This document shows, piece by piece, positions 16,270-25,750 of a stretch of DNA of 31,416 bases (positions within the stretch are counted from its first letter, which is position 1; each line of letters begins with the position of its first letter). Position numbers and translations under genes: made by a program. Origin of the DNA: Archaeoglobaceae archaeon (GTDB lineage: Archaea; Halobacteriota; Archaeoglobi; Archaeoglobales; Archaeoglobaceae); contig JALVYA010000165.1 in assembly GCA_027038095.1 (NCBI GenBank), forward strand, positions 1 through 31,416, written 5' to 3'. A model generated the notes under the pieces. The model was not told the DNA's origin. It ran no database searches and saw only the letters and a program-made list of their open reading frames with translations.

Positions 16270-17571
16270 ATGTTAGACCTCCTCAGAGTGGAAGCGATGA
16301 AAGCGGCGGAGCTGATAAGGAAGGCTGAAAGCGTTCACATCTTCACCCATTACGATGCAGATGGAATAAGCAGCGGTGCTGTGCTTGCAACAGCCGTAAA
16401 CAGGCTGGGGAAGCAGTTTCACGTTACATTTTTTAAAGGTCTCAACTCCGTGCCTGAAAGTGAGGCTGACCTGATAATTTTATCGGACATGGGCAGTGGA
16501 TGCCCGGACATAGTCGAAAGGATCGAAAAAGACGTTGTTATAGTTGACCACCACGCACCCGTGGGCAGGATAGAGAGCGGAAACAAGGTTGTCGTTCACG
16601 TAAATCCACACCTCTCTGGACTGGACGGAACTTACGAACTGTGTGCGAGCGGAGCGGCATTCGTTGTCGCTGATTGTTTGGGAGACAACGACGACCTCAC
16701 AGGTGTTGCAGTGGCTGGCATACTTGGAGATAAACAGAAAATTACTGGAGGCAACGCCGAAATAATAAACAGAGGGGTTAAATCGAAGAACATAGAAATC
16801 AAAAAAGGCCTGAACCTGCACTCCGGGAAGCTCAGAGATGTTTTGAGAATGTCAACAGAGCCTTTTCTCGATTTTTACGGAAAAGAAGATGAACTCGACG
16901 AATTTCTCAAAAAAGCAGGATTCAGCGGTGAAGAGGAAGTTGACGAGCTGAGCGAGGAGGAGACGAGGAGACTCGCCAACGCCATCGTTCTCAGGCTGAT
17001 TAAGCAGGGAGCTTACGAAGGAGTCCTTGAAGAATTTATAGGTAAAAAAATTATTTTGAAAAGTGAGCTTATAGAGAACGCCATAACGTTTACGGATGTC
17101 GTCAATTCATGCGGAAGAGCGTCTGCCTGCAGCATCGGATTTGCGATATGCGTAAAAGACGACAGGTACCTCGAAAAGGGATACGAAATCTGGAGGAAGT
17201 TTCAGACAGAGCTGCTTGAAGAAATAGCCAGAAGGAGGGAAGAGGTAAAAGAGGGCGAATGCATCAGGTACCTCGTCATGGAAAACGCACCCTCCACGGG
17301 CCCGGTGGCGACTGTGCTTTCGAGATACCTCTTTTCGGACAAACCTTTTATAGCTGTGAACATTAAAAACGAGACCGCGAAGGTTTCGTCGAGAGCGAAT
17401 CCGAAGATAAAGGTTGACCTCGGAGAAGTTATGAGAATTGCGGCTGAGAAAGCTGGAGGAAGGGGTGGAGGACACAGCGTCGCCGCTGGAGCGACGATAC
17501 CTCCTGAAAACGTGGAAGAGTTTATCAGAGAGGTGGATAGCCTTTGCTGTGCGATGCTGAACTCTTCTTAG
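16270..17571 (+). CDS. DHH/DHHA1 phosphoesterase, archaeal RecJ/GAN-like
   Basis: THYDADG, DMGSG, VDHH, RGGGHSVAAGA. Adjacency to pcc1 is a known euryarchaeal arrangement. Confidence 0.88.
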   Translation: MLDLLRVEAMKAAELIRKAESVHIFTHYDADGISSGAVLATAVNRLGKQFHVTFFKGLNSVPESEADLIILSDMGSGCPDIVERIEKDVVIVDHHAPVGRIESGNKVVVHVNPHLSGLDGTYELCASGAAFVVADCLGDNDDLTGVAVAGILGDKQKITGGNAEIINRGVKSKNIEIKKGLNLHSGKLRDVLRMSTEPFLDFYGKEDELDEFLKKAGFSGEEEVDELSEEETRRLANAIVLRLIKQGAYEGVLEEFIGKKIILKSELIENAITFTDVVNSCGRASACSIGFAICVKDDRYLEKGYEIWRKFQTELLEEIARRREEVKEGECIRYLVMENAPSTGPVATVLSRYLFSDKPFIAVNIKNETAKVSSRANPKIKVDLGEVMRIAAEKAGGRGGGHSVAAGATIPPENVEEFIREVDSLCCAMLNSS

Positions 17572-17783
17572 AGTGTGACTGTGCAGAATTAATAGCAAAA
17601 GCACTCAGCGTTGACGATCCCGCATGGTGCAGAAGCGAAGGTGAGGGAAAGATCGTAAGGATAAAAATAAAAACTGAAAGAGTTGAGAGTCTGCTTTCAG
17701 CGTGCGAAGACTACTTCAGGACTTTGAGAGCGGCGGTGAATGCACTCGAATCCCTGAAAAAGTTTGAAGCTCGCGGGGATTGA
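17544..17783 (+). CDS. pcc1: KEOPS complex subunit Pcc1
   Basis: 79 aa with C-terminal IKTERVESLLSACEDYFRTLRAA resembling Pcc1. TTG start preceded by GAGGTG. Follows the DHH gene. Confidence 0.7.
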   Translation: MLCDAELFLECDCAELIAKALSVDDPAWCRSEGEGKIVRIKIKTERVESLLSACEDYFRTLRAAVNALESLKKFEARGD

Positions 17784-17832
17784 GGCATAATAAAAAATTT
17801 GCAGTAAAAATTATTGAAGAGAGGTGCAGAAT

Positions 17833-18423
17833 ATGGAGATTTACTGTGATGTTTGTGGTGAAGAAACCGAGCACGAGCTGATCAGAGCTGATAAAAACCT
17901 GTACAGGTGCAGGCTTTGCGGAAGCGTTGTTGAGCTGAGACCCGAAAAGGAGATCGAGCTGAGAGCGATAATCAGCTCTGGAGCAACATCCAAGAGGGGC
18001 AGGATAAGGGTAAAACCCGGCGATTTGCTCGAAACAGGGGACGAAGTGGTAGTGGAAGTTGACGACGGCTTCAAGATTGGAGAGATAACGTCTCTCGAAT
18101 TTAGAAACGGGTCGAGGAGAAATTCGGCCATCGCAAAGGACGTTTCGACGGTGTGGCTGAGAGACGTTGGTGAGGTGTTCGTGAAGATAAGCCTCCACAA
18201 GGGTGCAATAACAACACCCTACAAACTGCTCGTTTCCGGAGATACCGAATTCGAGGTTGGAGAAGTACTCGAAATTAACGGAAAACGCTTCAGAATAGAG
18301 AGGATGAAACTCATAAACGGAAGATTACTGAAAAAAGAGGGTGACAGAGCAGAGGCGAAGGAGATAAGGAGAATTTACGCGATGTACCAGAGACATTACA
18401 GAAAACGCAGGAGGAGAAAGTAG
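17833..18423 (+). CDS. Archaeal zinc-finger protein (HVO_0476-like family)
   Basis: YCDVCG...EHE...YRCRLCG zinc ribbon, followed by two repeated domains ending in STVWLRD and RRIYA. GAGGTG RBS-like motif precedes the ATG at 17833. Confidence 0.75.
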   Translation: MEIYCDVCGEETEHELIRADKNLYRCRLCGSVVELRPEKEIELRAIISSGATSKRGRIRVKPGDLLETGDEVVVEVDDGFKIGEITSLEFRNGSRRNSAIAKDVSTVWLRDVGEVFVKISLHKGAITTPYKLLVSGDTEFEVGEVLEINGKRFRIERMKLINGRLLKKEGDRAEAKEIRRIYAMYQRHYRKRRRRK

Positions 18424-18561
18424 CGTTTGTTATCACCGCAGTGATTTGACTCAACCTGTTTTAATTGCTTAAAACGATTGTACGTATAAGTTCAGCTGAG
18501 CTTGCCATAGATGTCGATGGTGTTATATAGTTAGTGCACTCAGGTAAAAAAGGGATTGGCA

Positions 18562-19179
18562 ATGGATGCGACAAGGAGAGCTGATAGAGGCAGAAATGCC
18601 AGAAACTCCAGAGGGAGAGACAGAAAAGCTGAGAGAAGGCTTGAAGACTATGCCTACGTTATCGATTTTCTGCCCTACGGTCATCCAGAGGATAAGAGAC
18701 CGATACACAGAAGAGAGCCACTCGCCCAGTTAGTTGGGGAAAACTACTTCACTCTGCTCGAAGTAAGCATAAAAAAAGATGCGTCACCGCTCATTATGGA
18801 CAGGCTATACATAGGCAAGGGGGAGAGAGACGTCGTTAACAAGATAAAGAAAAAACTCAGGTACGATGAGTTAACTCCCGCAGCAAAATCGGAGCTGCCA
18901 TACGTTCTGGAGCACATAGTAAAGCAAAACGAGGACAGGTTCGTTGAGTTCTTCAACAAGGCTGAACCGATAACAACGAGGTTGCATCAGCTTGAACTGT
19001 TGCCCGGAATAGGAAAGAAAACGATGTGGGCGATTATAGAGGAGAGAAAGAATGAACCCTTCAAGAGCTTTGAGGACATAGTTAAAAGGGTCAGAATAAC
19101 GCACCCCGTAAAGCTGATAACGAGCAGGATAATATACGAGTTGAAGACTCCAAATGTGAAGTACAGACTTTTTACTTAG
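18562..19179 (+). CDS. DUF655-family putative RNA-binding protein
   Basis: EDYAYVIDFLPYG, QLVGENYFTLLE, RLHQLELLPGIGKK (HhH), PFKSFEDI. Upstream of rsmA as usual. Confidence 0.88.
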   Translation: MDATRRADRGRNARNSRGRDRKAERRLEDYAYVIDFLPYGHPEDKRPIHRREPLAQLVGENYFTLLEVSIKKDASPLIMDRLYIGKGERDVVNKIKKKLRYDELTPAAKSELPYVLEHIVKQNEDRFVEFFNKAEPITTRLHQLELLPGIGKKTMWAIIEERKNEPFKSFEDIVKRVRITHPVKLITSRIIYELKTPNVKYRLFT

Positions 19180-19188
19180 TTTTATTTT

Positions 19189-19935
19189 ATGAAGTTACAT
19201 AAATCCAGAGGTCAGCACATTCTGAAGAACAGAAAAATTGCCTCCAGAATGCTACGGTATTCTGAACTCGAGCCATCCGACACAGTCGTTGAAGTGGGAT
19301 GCGGAACAGGCGTTCTGACGGAACTCCTGCTTTCCAGAGGTGCAAGAGTTGTTGGGATAGAGATAGACAGGAGATTTGTCGAAATACTGAAAAACAGGTT
19401 CAGGAGAGAGATCGAAAACTCGCAGTTTGAGCTGCTGTGCGGCGACGCTTTAAAGGTTGACTTTCCGGAGTTCGATAAGTTCGTTTCCAACATTCCCTAC
19501 TCCATCTCCTCTCCTCTAACCTTTAAGCTGATTGAGCACGAGTTTGACAGGGCAGTGGTGATGTACCAGAAAGAATTTGCGGAAAGACTTGTGGCTACGA
19601 GGGGGAAAAAATACGGAAGGTTAAGCGTAATGGTCAGAGCCTACGTTTCTCCGAAGATCGTCGAAATCGTTGACAGAACAAATTTTTATCCCGTCCCCAG
19701 AGTTGACTCGGCAATAGTTGTCATGGAACCGTATCCCGAAATAGAGACTGACGTTTCCGCTTTAAAGAGGGTCGTTTCCGCTTGCTTCCGTTTTCGCAGA
19801 AAGAAACTCGCCAGAATTTTAAAGCAGCTGGGGTTTCCGGAAAGCACTGTGAGGAAGTACGGGGATAAAAGGGCTGAAGAGCTCACACCACAGGAGTACG
19901 CTGAACTGGCAAATCGTCTGAGCGATTCTGCCTGA
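19189..19935 (+). CDS. rsmA: 16S rRNA adenine dimethyltransferase KsgA/Dim1
   Basis: GQHIL, VEVGCGTG, GIEID, FVSNIPYSISSP, MYQKEFAERL, YGRLSV, FYPVPRVDSA. Confidence 0.95.
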   Translation: MKLHKSRGQHILKNRKIASRMLRYSELEPSDTVVEVGCGTGVLTELLLSRGARVVGIEIDRRFVEILKNRFRREIENSQFELLCGDALKVDFPEFDKFVSNIPYSISSPLTFKLIEHEFDRAVVMYQKEFAERLVATRGKKYGRLSVMVRAYVSPKIVEIVDRTNFYPVPRVDSAIVVMEPYPEIETDVSALKRVVSACFRFRRKKLARILKQLGFPESTVRKYGDKRAEELTPQEYAELANRLSDSA

Positions 19936-19992
19936 GCGATTTGCACGGTCGGTAATAATCATCTATTTATATTTTGAAATTAAGTATCAATC

Positions 19993-21858
19993 ATGGGATA
20001 CATGGGTAAGATTCTTGATGTCAACCTCAGCGAGGGCAGCATCAAAGTCGAGAAAACGGACATGGAAATAGCTGAAAAGTACATCGGCGGTAAGGGCTAC
20101 GCAACTGCCGTTCTGTACGAGATTCTCAGAGAATACTCAAAAGAGGGAATTTCTCCAAAGGACATAAACCCTCTTGGAGAGGAGAATGTAATGGTATTTG
20201 CTACCGGGCCTGCAACCGGAATTGCAGGCTTTCCATCGTCTGGCAGGTATCACGTAATGGCTCTCAAATCTCCTTTAACGAACTCCATTGCGAGTGCGAA
20301 TTCTGGAGGTAAATGGGGGCCCTACTTAAAGTTTGCCGGATTTGACGCTGTAATAATAAGAGGTGCTTCTCCTGAGCCGGTATACCTCGAAATCTTCGAT
20401 GGAGGGGCAGAGATAAGAACGGCAACACACCTGTGGGGAAGGACGACCTTTGACACGACAAAAATACTCACCGAGAAGTACGGAAAGTGCAGCGTAACGT
20501 GCATAGGCCCGGCAGGAGAGAACGGAGTTCTGTTTTCAGCCATAATAAACGACAACCACAGAGCGGCTGGAAGAACCGGCGTTGGAGCAATAATGGGGAG
20601 CAAGGGATTAAAGGCGATAGTCGTGGGCGGAAGCAACAGACCCGAACCGGCTGAACCGGAGAGGTATAAAGAAGTCGTTAAGAAAGCTGTTGAAAAGATA
20701 AAGACCCATCCGATAACGGGTGAAGGTCTGCCAAAGTACGGGACAGCCGTTCTCGTCAACATAATAAACAACGCCGGAATATTCCCGACGAAGAACTGGC
20801 AAACCGGAGTACATCCAAAAGCCGATGCCATAAGCGGTGAAACTCTCGCCGAAAAGTACCTTATAAGAAATGGTGCCTGCTGGGGCTGCCAGATAGGGTG
20901 TGCGAGAGTGACGAAGGTGGATTCCGGAGCTTACCAGATAAAGTACTCTGAAGGCCCGGAGTACGAGTCGATATGGGCGTTTGGAGGAACTACCGAAATA
21001 GAAGAACTCGACGCAGTAATCAAGGCAAACCACCTTTGCGACGAACTCGGAATTGACACGATATCAATGGGTTCAACATTGGCATGCGCAATGGAACTCG
21101 TGGAGAAAGGCTACATTCCCGAAGAGCTGCTTGAAGGGATTGACCTGAGGTTTGGAAACGCTGCTGCAATCGTTGAGATGGTCTGGAGAACTGCGTACAA
21201 GAGCGGTTTTGGAAAGTATCTGGCTCTCGGCAGTAAGAGGCTCGCAGAACTCTTCAACTGTCCGGACCTTTCCATGAGCGTTAAGGGGCTGGAGCTTCCG
21301 GCTTACGATCCAAGAGGTGCGAAGGGTATCGGCCTCAACTACGCAACTGCAAACAGAGGTGGCTGTCACGTTACAGGCTATACGATATCTCCGGAAATAC
21401 TTGGCTGTCCCGAGAAGATCGATCCGCTAAGCTACGAGGGCAAAGCCCAGTGGGTTAAGGCCTTCCAGGACCTCACCTGCGTTGTAAATTCAACCGTAAA
21501 CTGTCTGTTCACGACGTTTGCTCTCGGTGCTGAGGACTACGCACACCTGCTCTCCGCAGTTACTGGCAGAGAACTGAGCACCGAAGATATAATGCTGATC
21601 GGAGAGAGGATATACAACCTCGAAAGGTACATAATGAACCTGTACGGCTTCGACGGAAAAGACGATGTCCTGCCCAGAAGGCTGCTTAAAGAGCCGATGC
21701 CTGAAGGAGCGGCAAAGGGAGAAGTCGTCGACTTGGACAGGCTGAAAGAGGAGTACTACAAACTCAGGGGATGGGAGAACGGAAAGCCGACAAAGGAGAA
21801 GCTTGAGGAGCTCGGCATTCCTGAGTTAAAGCTCTCCAAGGTCTCGCCAGTTGTATGA
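19993..21858 (+). CDS. aor: Tungsten-dependent aldehyde:ferredoxin oxidoreductase
   Basis: KSPLT, GRTGVGAIMGSKGLKA, CWGCQIGC, EGPEYES, DELGIDTIS, YDPRG, NRGGCH. Confidence 0.92.
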   Translation: MGYMGKILDVNLSEGSIKVEKTDMEIAEKYIGGKGYATAVLYEILREYSKEGISPKDINPLGEENVMVFATGPATGIAGFPSSGRYHVMALKSPLTNSIASANSGGKWGPYLKFAGFDAVIIRGASPEPVYLEIFDGGAEIRTATHLWGRTTFDTTKILTEKYGKCSVTCIGPAGENGVLFSAIINDNHRAAGRTGVGAIMGSKGLKAIVVGGSNRPEPAEPERYKEVVKKAVEKIKTHPITGEGLPKYGTAVLVNIINNAGIFPTKNWQTGVHPKADAISGETLAEKYLIRNGACWGCQIGCARVTKVDSGAYQIKYSEGPEYESIWAFGGTTEIEELDAVIKANHLCDELGIDTISMGSTLACAMELVEKGYIPEELLEGIDLRFGNAAAIVEMVWRTAYKSGFGKYLALGSKRLAELFNCPDLSMSVKGLELPAYDPRGAKGIGLNYATANRGGCHVTGYTISPEILGCPEKIDPLSYEGKAQWVKAFQDLTCVVNSTVNCLFTTFALGAEDYAHLLSAVTGRELSTEDIMLIGERIYNLERYIMNLYGFDGKDDVLPRRLLKEPMPEGAAKGEVVDLDRLKEEYYKLRGWENGKPTKEKLEELGIPELKLSKVSPVV

Positions 21859-21996
21859 AGTCTTTTTATTTTACTTTGATTTTTTAAAAGTTATTTTTGA
21901 AGTTACTCTGTCTGGTTGCATATGTTGTATTTATCACTTCATAAAAAAATTAAAATACTAAAATACTAATATTCAAAGCAAAATAGCTGAGATTGT

Positions 21997-22584
21997 TTAA
22001 ATTAACTTTTGAATAATCAGCCTGAAATAGCCAACGTAAGGAATTCTGTAAACTGCAACCCCCACAATCCAGTCTGGCTTTACCGGGCGTGTCAGTTCAG
22101 GTTCGTCGGGGATGGGGTTGTGATCTCCCTGCGTTATGTATCCGGAACTGCTTGCAATTACGACCTTGCCTATGGGTTTATTCGTTACTATGAGCATGTT
22201 GTGGTATACTCTCAGCTCTCCGAGCTTTCCCGTCGTTCTGTTGATTCCGACTATCGGCTGACCCCGGTTTACCCATGCTATCACTCTGTGGATTATTGGA
22301 GTTACGTGGTCGTTGCCGTTCGGATGGTATACTATTACGTCTCCGTAGTCGCCGAACGACCTGTAACCAATTTTTTTTCCCTCGACCCATGTAACAATAT
22401 TCTTTCTGGCAGGACTCACGATTATTACGACGTCGCCTATGTTGAGGTGGGGCACCATGCTTCCCGACTCCACTGCAACCATGAACGGCCATGTACCGGT
22501 TAACGCGTAACCTGTACCGAGGATAACCGCAACAATAATTAGTGCATAGGCAACATCCTTAAGCGTTCCCAGAATGTCGTCCAT
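21997..22584 (-). CDS. Archaeal/ER-type signal peptidase I (S26, Sec11-like)
   Basis: N-terminal TM helix, VESGSMVPHL (catalytic Ser), IIHRV (His), ITQGDHN...D. Confidence 0.9.
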   Translation of the reverse strand: MDDILGTLKDVAYALIIVAVILGTGYALTGTWPFMVAVESGSMVPHLNIGDVVIIVSPARKNIVTWVEGKKIGYRSFGDYGDVIVYHPNGNDHVTPIIHRVIAWVNRGQPIVGINRTTGKLGELRVYHNMLIVTNKPIGKVVIASSSGYITQGDHNPIPDEPELTRPVKPDWIVGVAVYRIPYVGYFRLIIQKLI

Positions 22585-22595
22585 GTCTGGAGGAA

Positions 22596-24134
22596 ATGGA
22601 TATGGTAATTAAAGATGTCGACACGAGCAGGCTTATAATAAAAAAATTCGCCTTAGAAGGGTTCAACGTGCAGCCCAAAGCCATAGAAATACTCAGTTCT
22701 TTAAAGCCGGGTGAAATTGACAGAGTTATATCCCAAGTATGCAAACACTGTGCCGGGTCTTTTATAGTCACGGAAAATGACGTTAAAAAGGTTCTGGATA
22801 GCCTGAACGGTAACAGGTGTAATGGGTTAAACTGTAACGGGTTAAACAGAAAAAAGACTGAAAAAACGAAAAAACGGGTAAACGGCGTGAACCGCGAAAA
22901 AGCGGCAAAGATTGCTGTAAAAAACGGTGTAAACCTGACGCAACCCATTCAGGTGCTTAAAGACGTCAGTGGGAAGTCATGCTGTCAGGGAAAAATAGAG
23001 GATTTCGTGGCGTACTTCAACTCCCGCTACGAAAAACTCTCTTCAATTCTCAGGACGAGGGTCAATCCCGTACCCATTTCTGCTCTGAGGAGGCTGAAGT
23101 CTCAGAACGTCGAAGTTGTGGGCATGGTAAACGACGTTAGAGAAACCAGTAACGGAAACGCCATGTTCGAGCTCGAAGATAAAACCGGCCTCGTTAACGT
23201 TGTAGCCACAGGAAAGCTTAAAGACGTGGCAATGGAACTGCTCGGTGACGAGGTAATTGCCGTAAGCGGTATGTGGAACGGCAGGTGTATAATTGCGGAC
23301 AGAATAACCTTTCCGGATTTGCCCGTAAACGGAAACGGCAAAAAAGGATGGGGTTTTTACATAGCCTTCATATCTGATACTCACTTCGGCAGTATAACTT
23401 TCATGAACGACGCCTGGCAGAGGTTTGTCGAGTTCATGAACTGCGAAGCCGGTAACGAGAAAGCTCACAAAATTGCCGAGAGCATAAAGTACCTGATTGT
23501 AGCTGGAGACGTCGTGGACGGAGTGGGAATATACCCTAATCAGGAGAAGGAGCTTTCGATTACTGACATCTACTCTCAATACGAATTCGCAGCGGAACAG
23601 ATAGAAAAACTGCCCAAGCGGCTGAAGATAATCTTGTCTCCCGGAAACCACGATGCCGTCAGACAGGCCGAACCCCAGCCAAAGCTTCCGGAAGAGTTCG
23701 CATCTCTATTCCCCAAAAACGTAATACACGTGGGGAATCCCGCTCTGGTTACGCTCGACGGAGTTAAGGTTCAGATTTACCACGGAAGGAGCATAGACGA
23801 TTTAATAACGAAAATCCCGAGGCTCAGCTACGAGAAACCTCAGGAGGCAATGGTAGAACTCCTGAAGAGGAGACACCTATCTCCGGCTTACGGAAAGAGA
23901 TCTCCAATAGCTCCGGAAAAAGAAGATTACCTCGTTATTGAGGACGTGCCGGACGTTCTGCACTCCGGACATGTTCACACTTTCGGAACAGCATTTTACA
24001 GGGGTGTTTTCGTCGTTAACTCGAGCACCTGGCAGTCCCAGACGGAATTCCAGAAAAAGATGAACCTGAATCCCATGCCAGGTATTGTTTCGATATATAA
24101 CGGAGAAACTTCTGCAAGGCTAAAGTTTGCCTGA
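22596..24134 (+). CDS. polD1: DNA polymerase D small (proofreading) subunit DP1
   Basis: YFNSRYEKL, OB-fold VVGMV...ELEDKTG, FISDTHFGS, AGDVVDGVGIYPNQE, PGNHDA, YHGRS, HSGHVH. The start may be 22602. Confidence 0.95.
   Translation: MDMVIKDVDTSRLIIKKFALEGFNVQPKAIEILSSLKPGEIDRVISQVCKHCAGSFIVTENDVKKVLDSLNGNRCNGLNCNGLNRKKTEKTKKRVNGVNREKAAKIAVKNGVNLTQPIQVLKDVSGKSCCQGKIEDFVAYFNSRYEKLSSILRTRVNPVPISALRRLKSQNVEVVGMVNDVRETSNGNAMFELEDKTGLVNVVATGKLKDVAMELLGDEVIAVSGMWNGRCIIADRITFPDLPVNGNGKKGWGFYIAFISDTHFGSITFMNDAWQRFVEFMNCEAGNEKAHKIAESIKYLIVAGDVVDGVGIYPNQEKELSITDIYSQYEFAAEQIEKLPKRLKIILSPGNHDAVRQAEPQPKLPEEFASLFPKNVIHVGNPALVTLDGVKVQIYHGRSIDDLITKIPRLSYEKPQEAMVELLKRRHLSPAYGKRSPIAPEKEDYLVIEDVPDVLHSGHVHTFGTAFYRGVFVVNSSTWQSQTEFQKKMNLNPMPGIVSIYNGETSARLKFA
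22818..22847 (+). repeat. 15-bp tandem duplication encoding CNGLN twice in the DP1 linker
   Basis: tgtaatgggttaaac followed by tgtaacgggttaaac (one mismatch). Confidence 0.8.
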
Positions 24135-24179
24135 TTTTCTGTTTTAAGTGCAGTACAATCCAATCCATGAGGTGCCTGA

Positions 24180-24650
24180 ATGCCAGCACAAAAAACCATG
24201 AGGTTTAAGCTCAGGAAGATATTTTCGGAGCTGGAGGACAGCATAGAAGGAACGATGCTTTTGTCCAGAAAACCCGTTTCCTTTCTTGGAGATATAGATG
24301 TGGATACTGGAGAGGTTGTTGCAGGAGACAGTGATGTATTCGGTGAGAGAATAGCAGGCAGAATATTTGCTTTTCCTTCTGGCAGAGGTTCGACGGTTGG
24401 AACGTACACGATTTTACAGCTGGCGAAAAATGGAAAGGCTCCAGAGGCGATAATTAACAGAAAAACTGAAAGCATAATCGTTGCAGGTGCTGTAATTTCG
24501 AACATACCCCTGTTTGATTCCCCCGAGCCCGATATTTTCGCGGTGCATAACTTAAAACCGGGGCTGTACAGGGCTCGCATAGTCGATGAAGGGGAATTTG
24601 CGATACTGGAAGTAGAAACTTCAGGAATTGATGTAAGAATTATGGATTAA
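24180..24650 (+). CDS. DUF126 / aconitase X swivel subunit; probable phosphomevalonate dehydratase small subunit
   Basis: PVSFLGDIDVDTG, GRIFAFPSGRGSTVG, GKAPEAII, GAVISNIP. GAGGTG RBS-like motif. Confidence 0.85.
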   Translation: MPAQKTMRFKLRKIFSELEDSIEGTMLLSRKPVSFLGDIDVDTGEVVAGDSDVFGERIAGRIFAFPSGRGSTVGTYTILQLAKNGKAPEAIINRKTESIIVAGAVISNIPLFDSPEPDIFAVHNLKPGLYRARIVDEGEFAILEVETSGIDVRIMD

Positions 24651-24670
24651 AGGTAAAGGAGTTTGCTGCT

Positions 24671-25726
24671 ATGGATTCGGCCACGCTGGAATCGATCGTG
24701 CGTGAAGTACAGAAAACGTTCAGGATTTATTCAGTGGAAAAATTCGAAGAGAATGGAGAGGTTTACTTCAGGCTTTACGTAATTGAACCGGATTTAAAAA
24801 CCTTAAACGAGCTATCGTATAGAGCTGGTGAGCTGGGGATAGACGTTGAGCTGAAAAAGAGTCTGGGAGAGGAGTTCATAGAGGTCAGGCGAAAAAAGCC
24901 TGAAAAAAGCAGAGTGTGGTTAAACGTTCTCCTCCTCGCCCTTACATTTGCAACAACGACTTACGTTGGCATGAGCTTCTACCCACCGGATCAGAACAGG
25001 CTTGCCGGTGGTGTTGTTTTCTCTGCCGCAATTCTGTTCGTTCTCGGCAGTCATGAAATGGGGCACTACTTCGCAGCCAGAAAGTGGGGCGTAAAAACGT
25101 CCCTGCCCTACTTCATACCCGCTCCCACAATTCTCGGAACTTTTGGAGCTGTGATAACGCAGAAGAGCAACTGCCCGAACAGAAAAGCTCTGTTTGATCT
25201 GGGAGTTTCCGGGCCTCTGGTTGGAGTTCTTTCGTCAGTAATCGTTACGTACATTGGCCTTAAAATGCCAGCTCCCAGCATCAGCTTTCACACGCATTAC
25301 GTTGTAATTGGAGAGCCACCCCTGTACAGAGCTGTTGAGTTTTTAGCCAATTTTCACGGTAATTTCATGAACCCGGTTGCCTTCGCCGGATGGGCGGGCA
25401 TGTTTCTCACCTGTCTGAACATGATTCCTGTTGGACAGCTTGATGGCGGGCACGTTTTGAGGGCGATGATTGGAAAAGCGAGCGATCAGGTTTCAAAAAT
25501 TATGCCTCTGGTCGTGCTCGGTGTAGGTTACTGGGCAGATATGTGCTGCGGTGGAGGTGCGATATGGATAGTCTGGTCGCTGATACTGCTTTTCTTTTCA
25601 TTCGTGCCACATCCAAGTCCGGTGGATGACAGCACAAAAATCGATAAAAAAAGGTACGTTACAGGCGTTATAGCCTTCGTAATTGCAGCACTCTGCTTCA
25701 CTCCGGCACCTTTCAGGATGAAGTAG
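24671..25726 (+). CDS. Site-2 protease family (M50) membrane metalloprotease
   Basis: HEMGH, SLPYFIP, GTFGAVI, NMIPVGQLDGGH. Confidence 0.92.
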   Translation: MDSATLESIVREVQKTFRIYSVEKFEENGEVYFRLYVIEPDLKTLNELSYRAGELGIDVELKKSLGEEFIEVRRKKPEKSRVWLNVLLLALTFATTTYVGMSFYPPDQNRLAGGVVFSAAILFVLGSHEMGHYFAARKWGVKTSLPYFIPAPTILGTFGAVITQKSNCPNRKALFDLGVSGPLVGVLSSVIVTYIGLKMPAPSISFHTHYVVIGEPPLYRAVEFLANFHGNFMNPVAFAGWAGMFLTCLNMIPVGQLDGGHVLRAMIGKASDQVSKIMPLVVLGVGYWADMCCGGGAIWIVWSLILLFFSFVPHPSPVDDSTKIDKKRYVTGVIAFVIAALCFTPAPFRMK

Positions 25727-25750
25727 TTAACGTAGTTTAACTTCAAACTT

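Noticed and set aside
18424-18561. tRNA or other RNA gene in the gap before DUF655
   Set aside because: No cloverleaf or T-loop (GTTCRA) motif. It is consistent with a promoter/terminator region.
21859-21996. Replication origin near the signal peptidase-DP1 pair
   Set aside because: AT-rich, but there is no ORB-like repeat and no cdc6/orc1 gene. It is better explained as convergent terminators.
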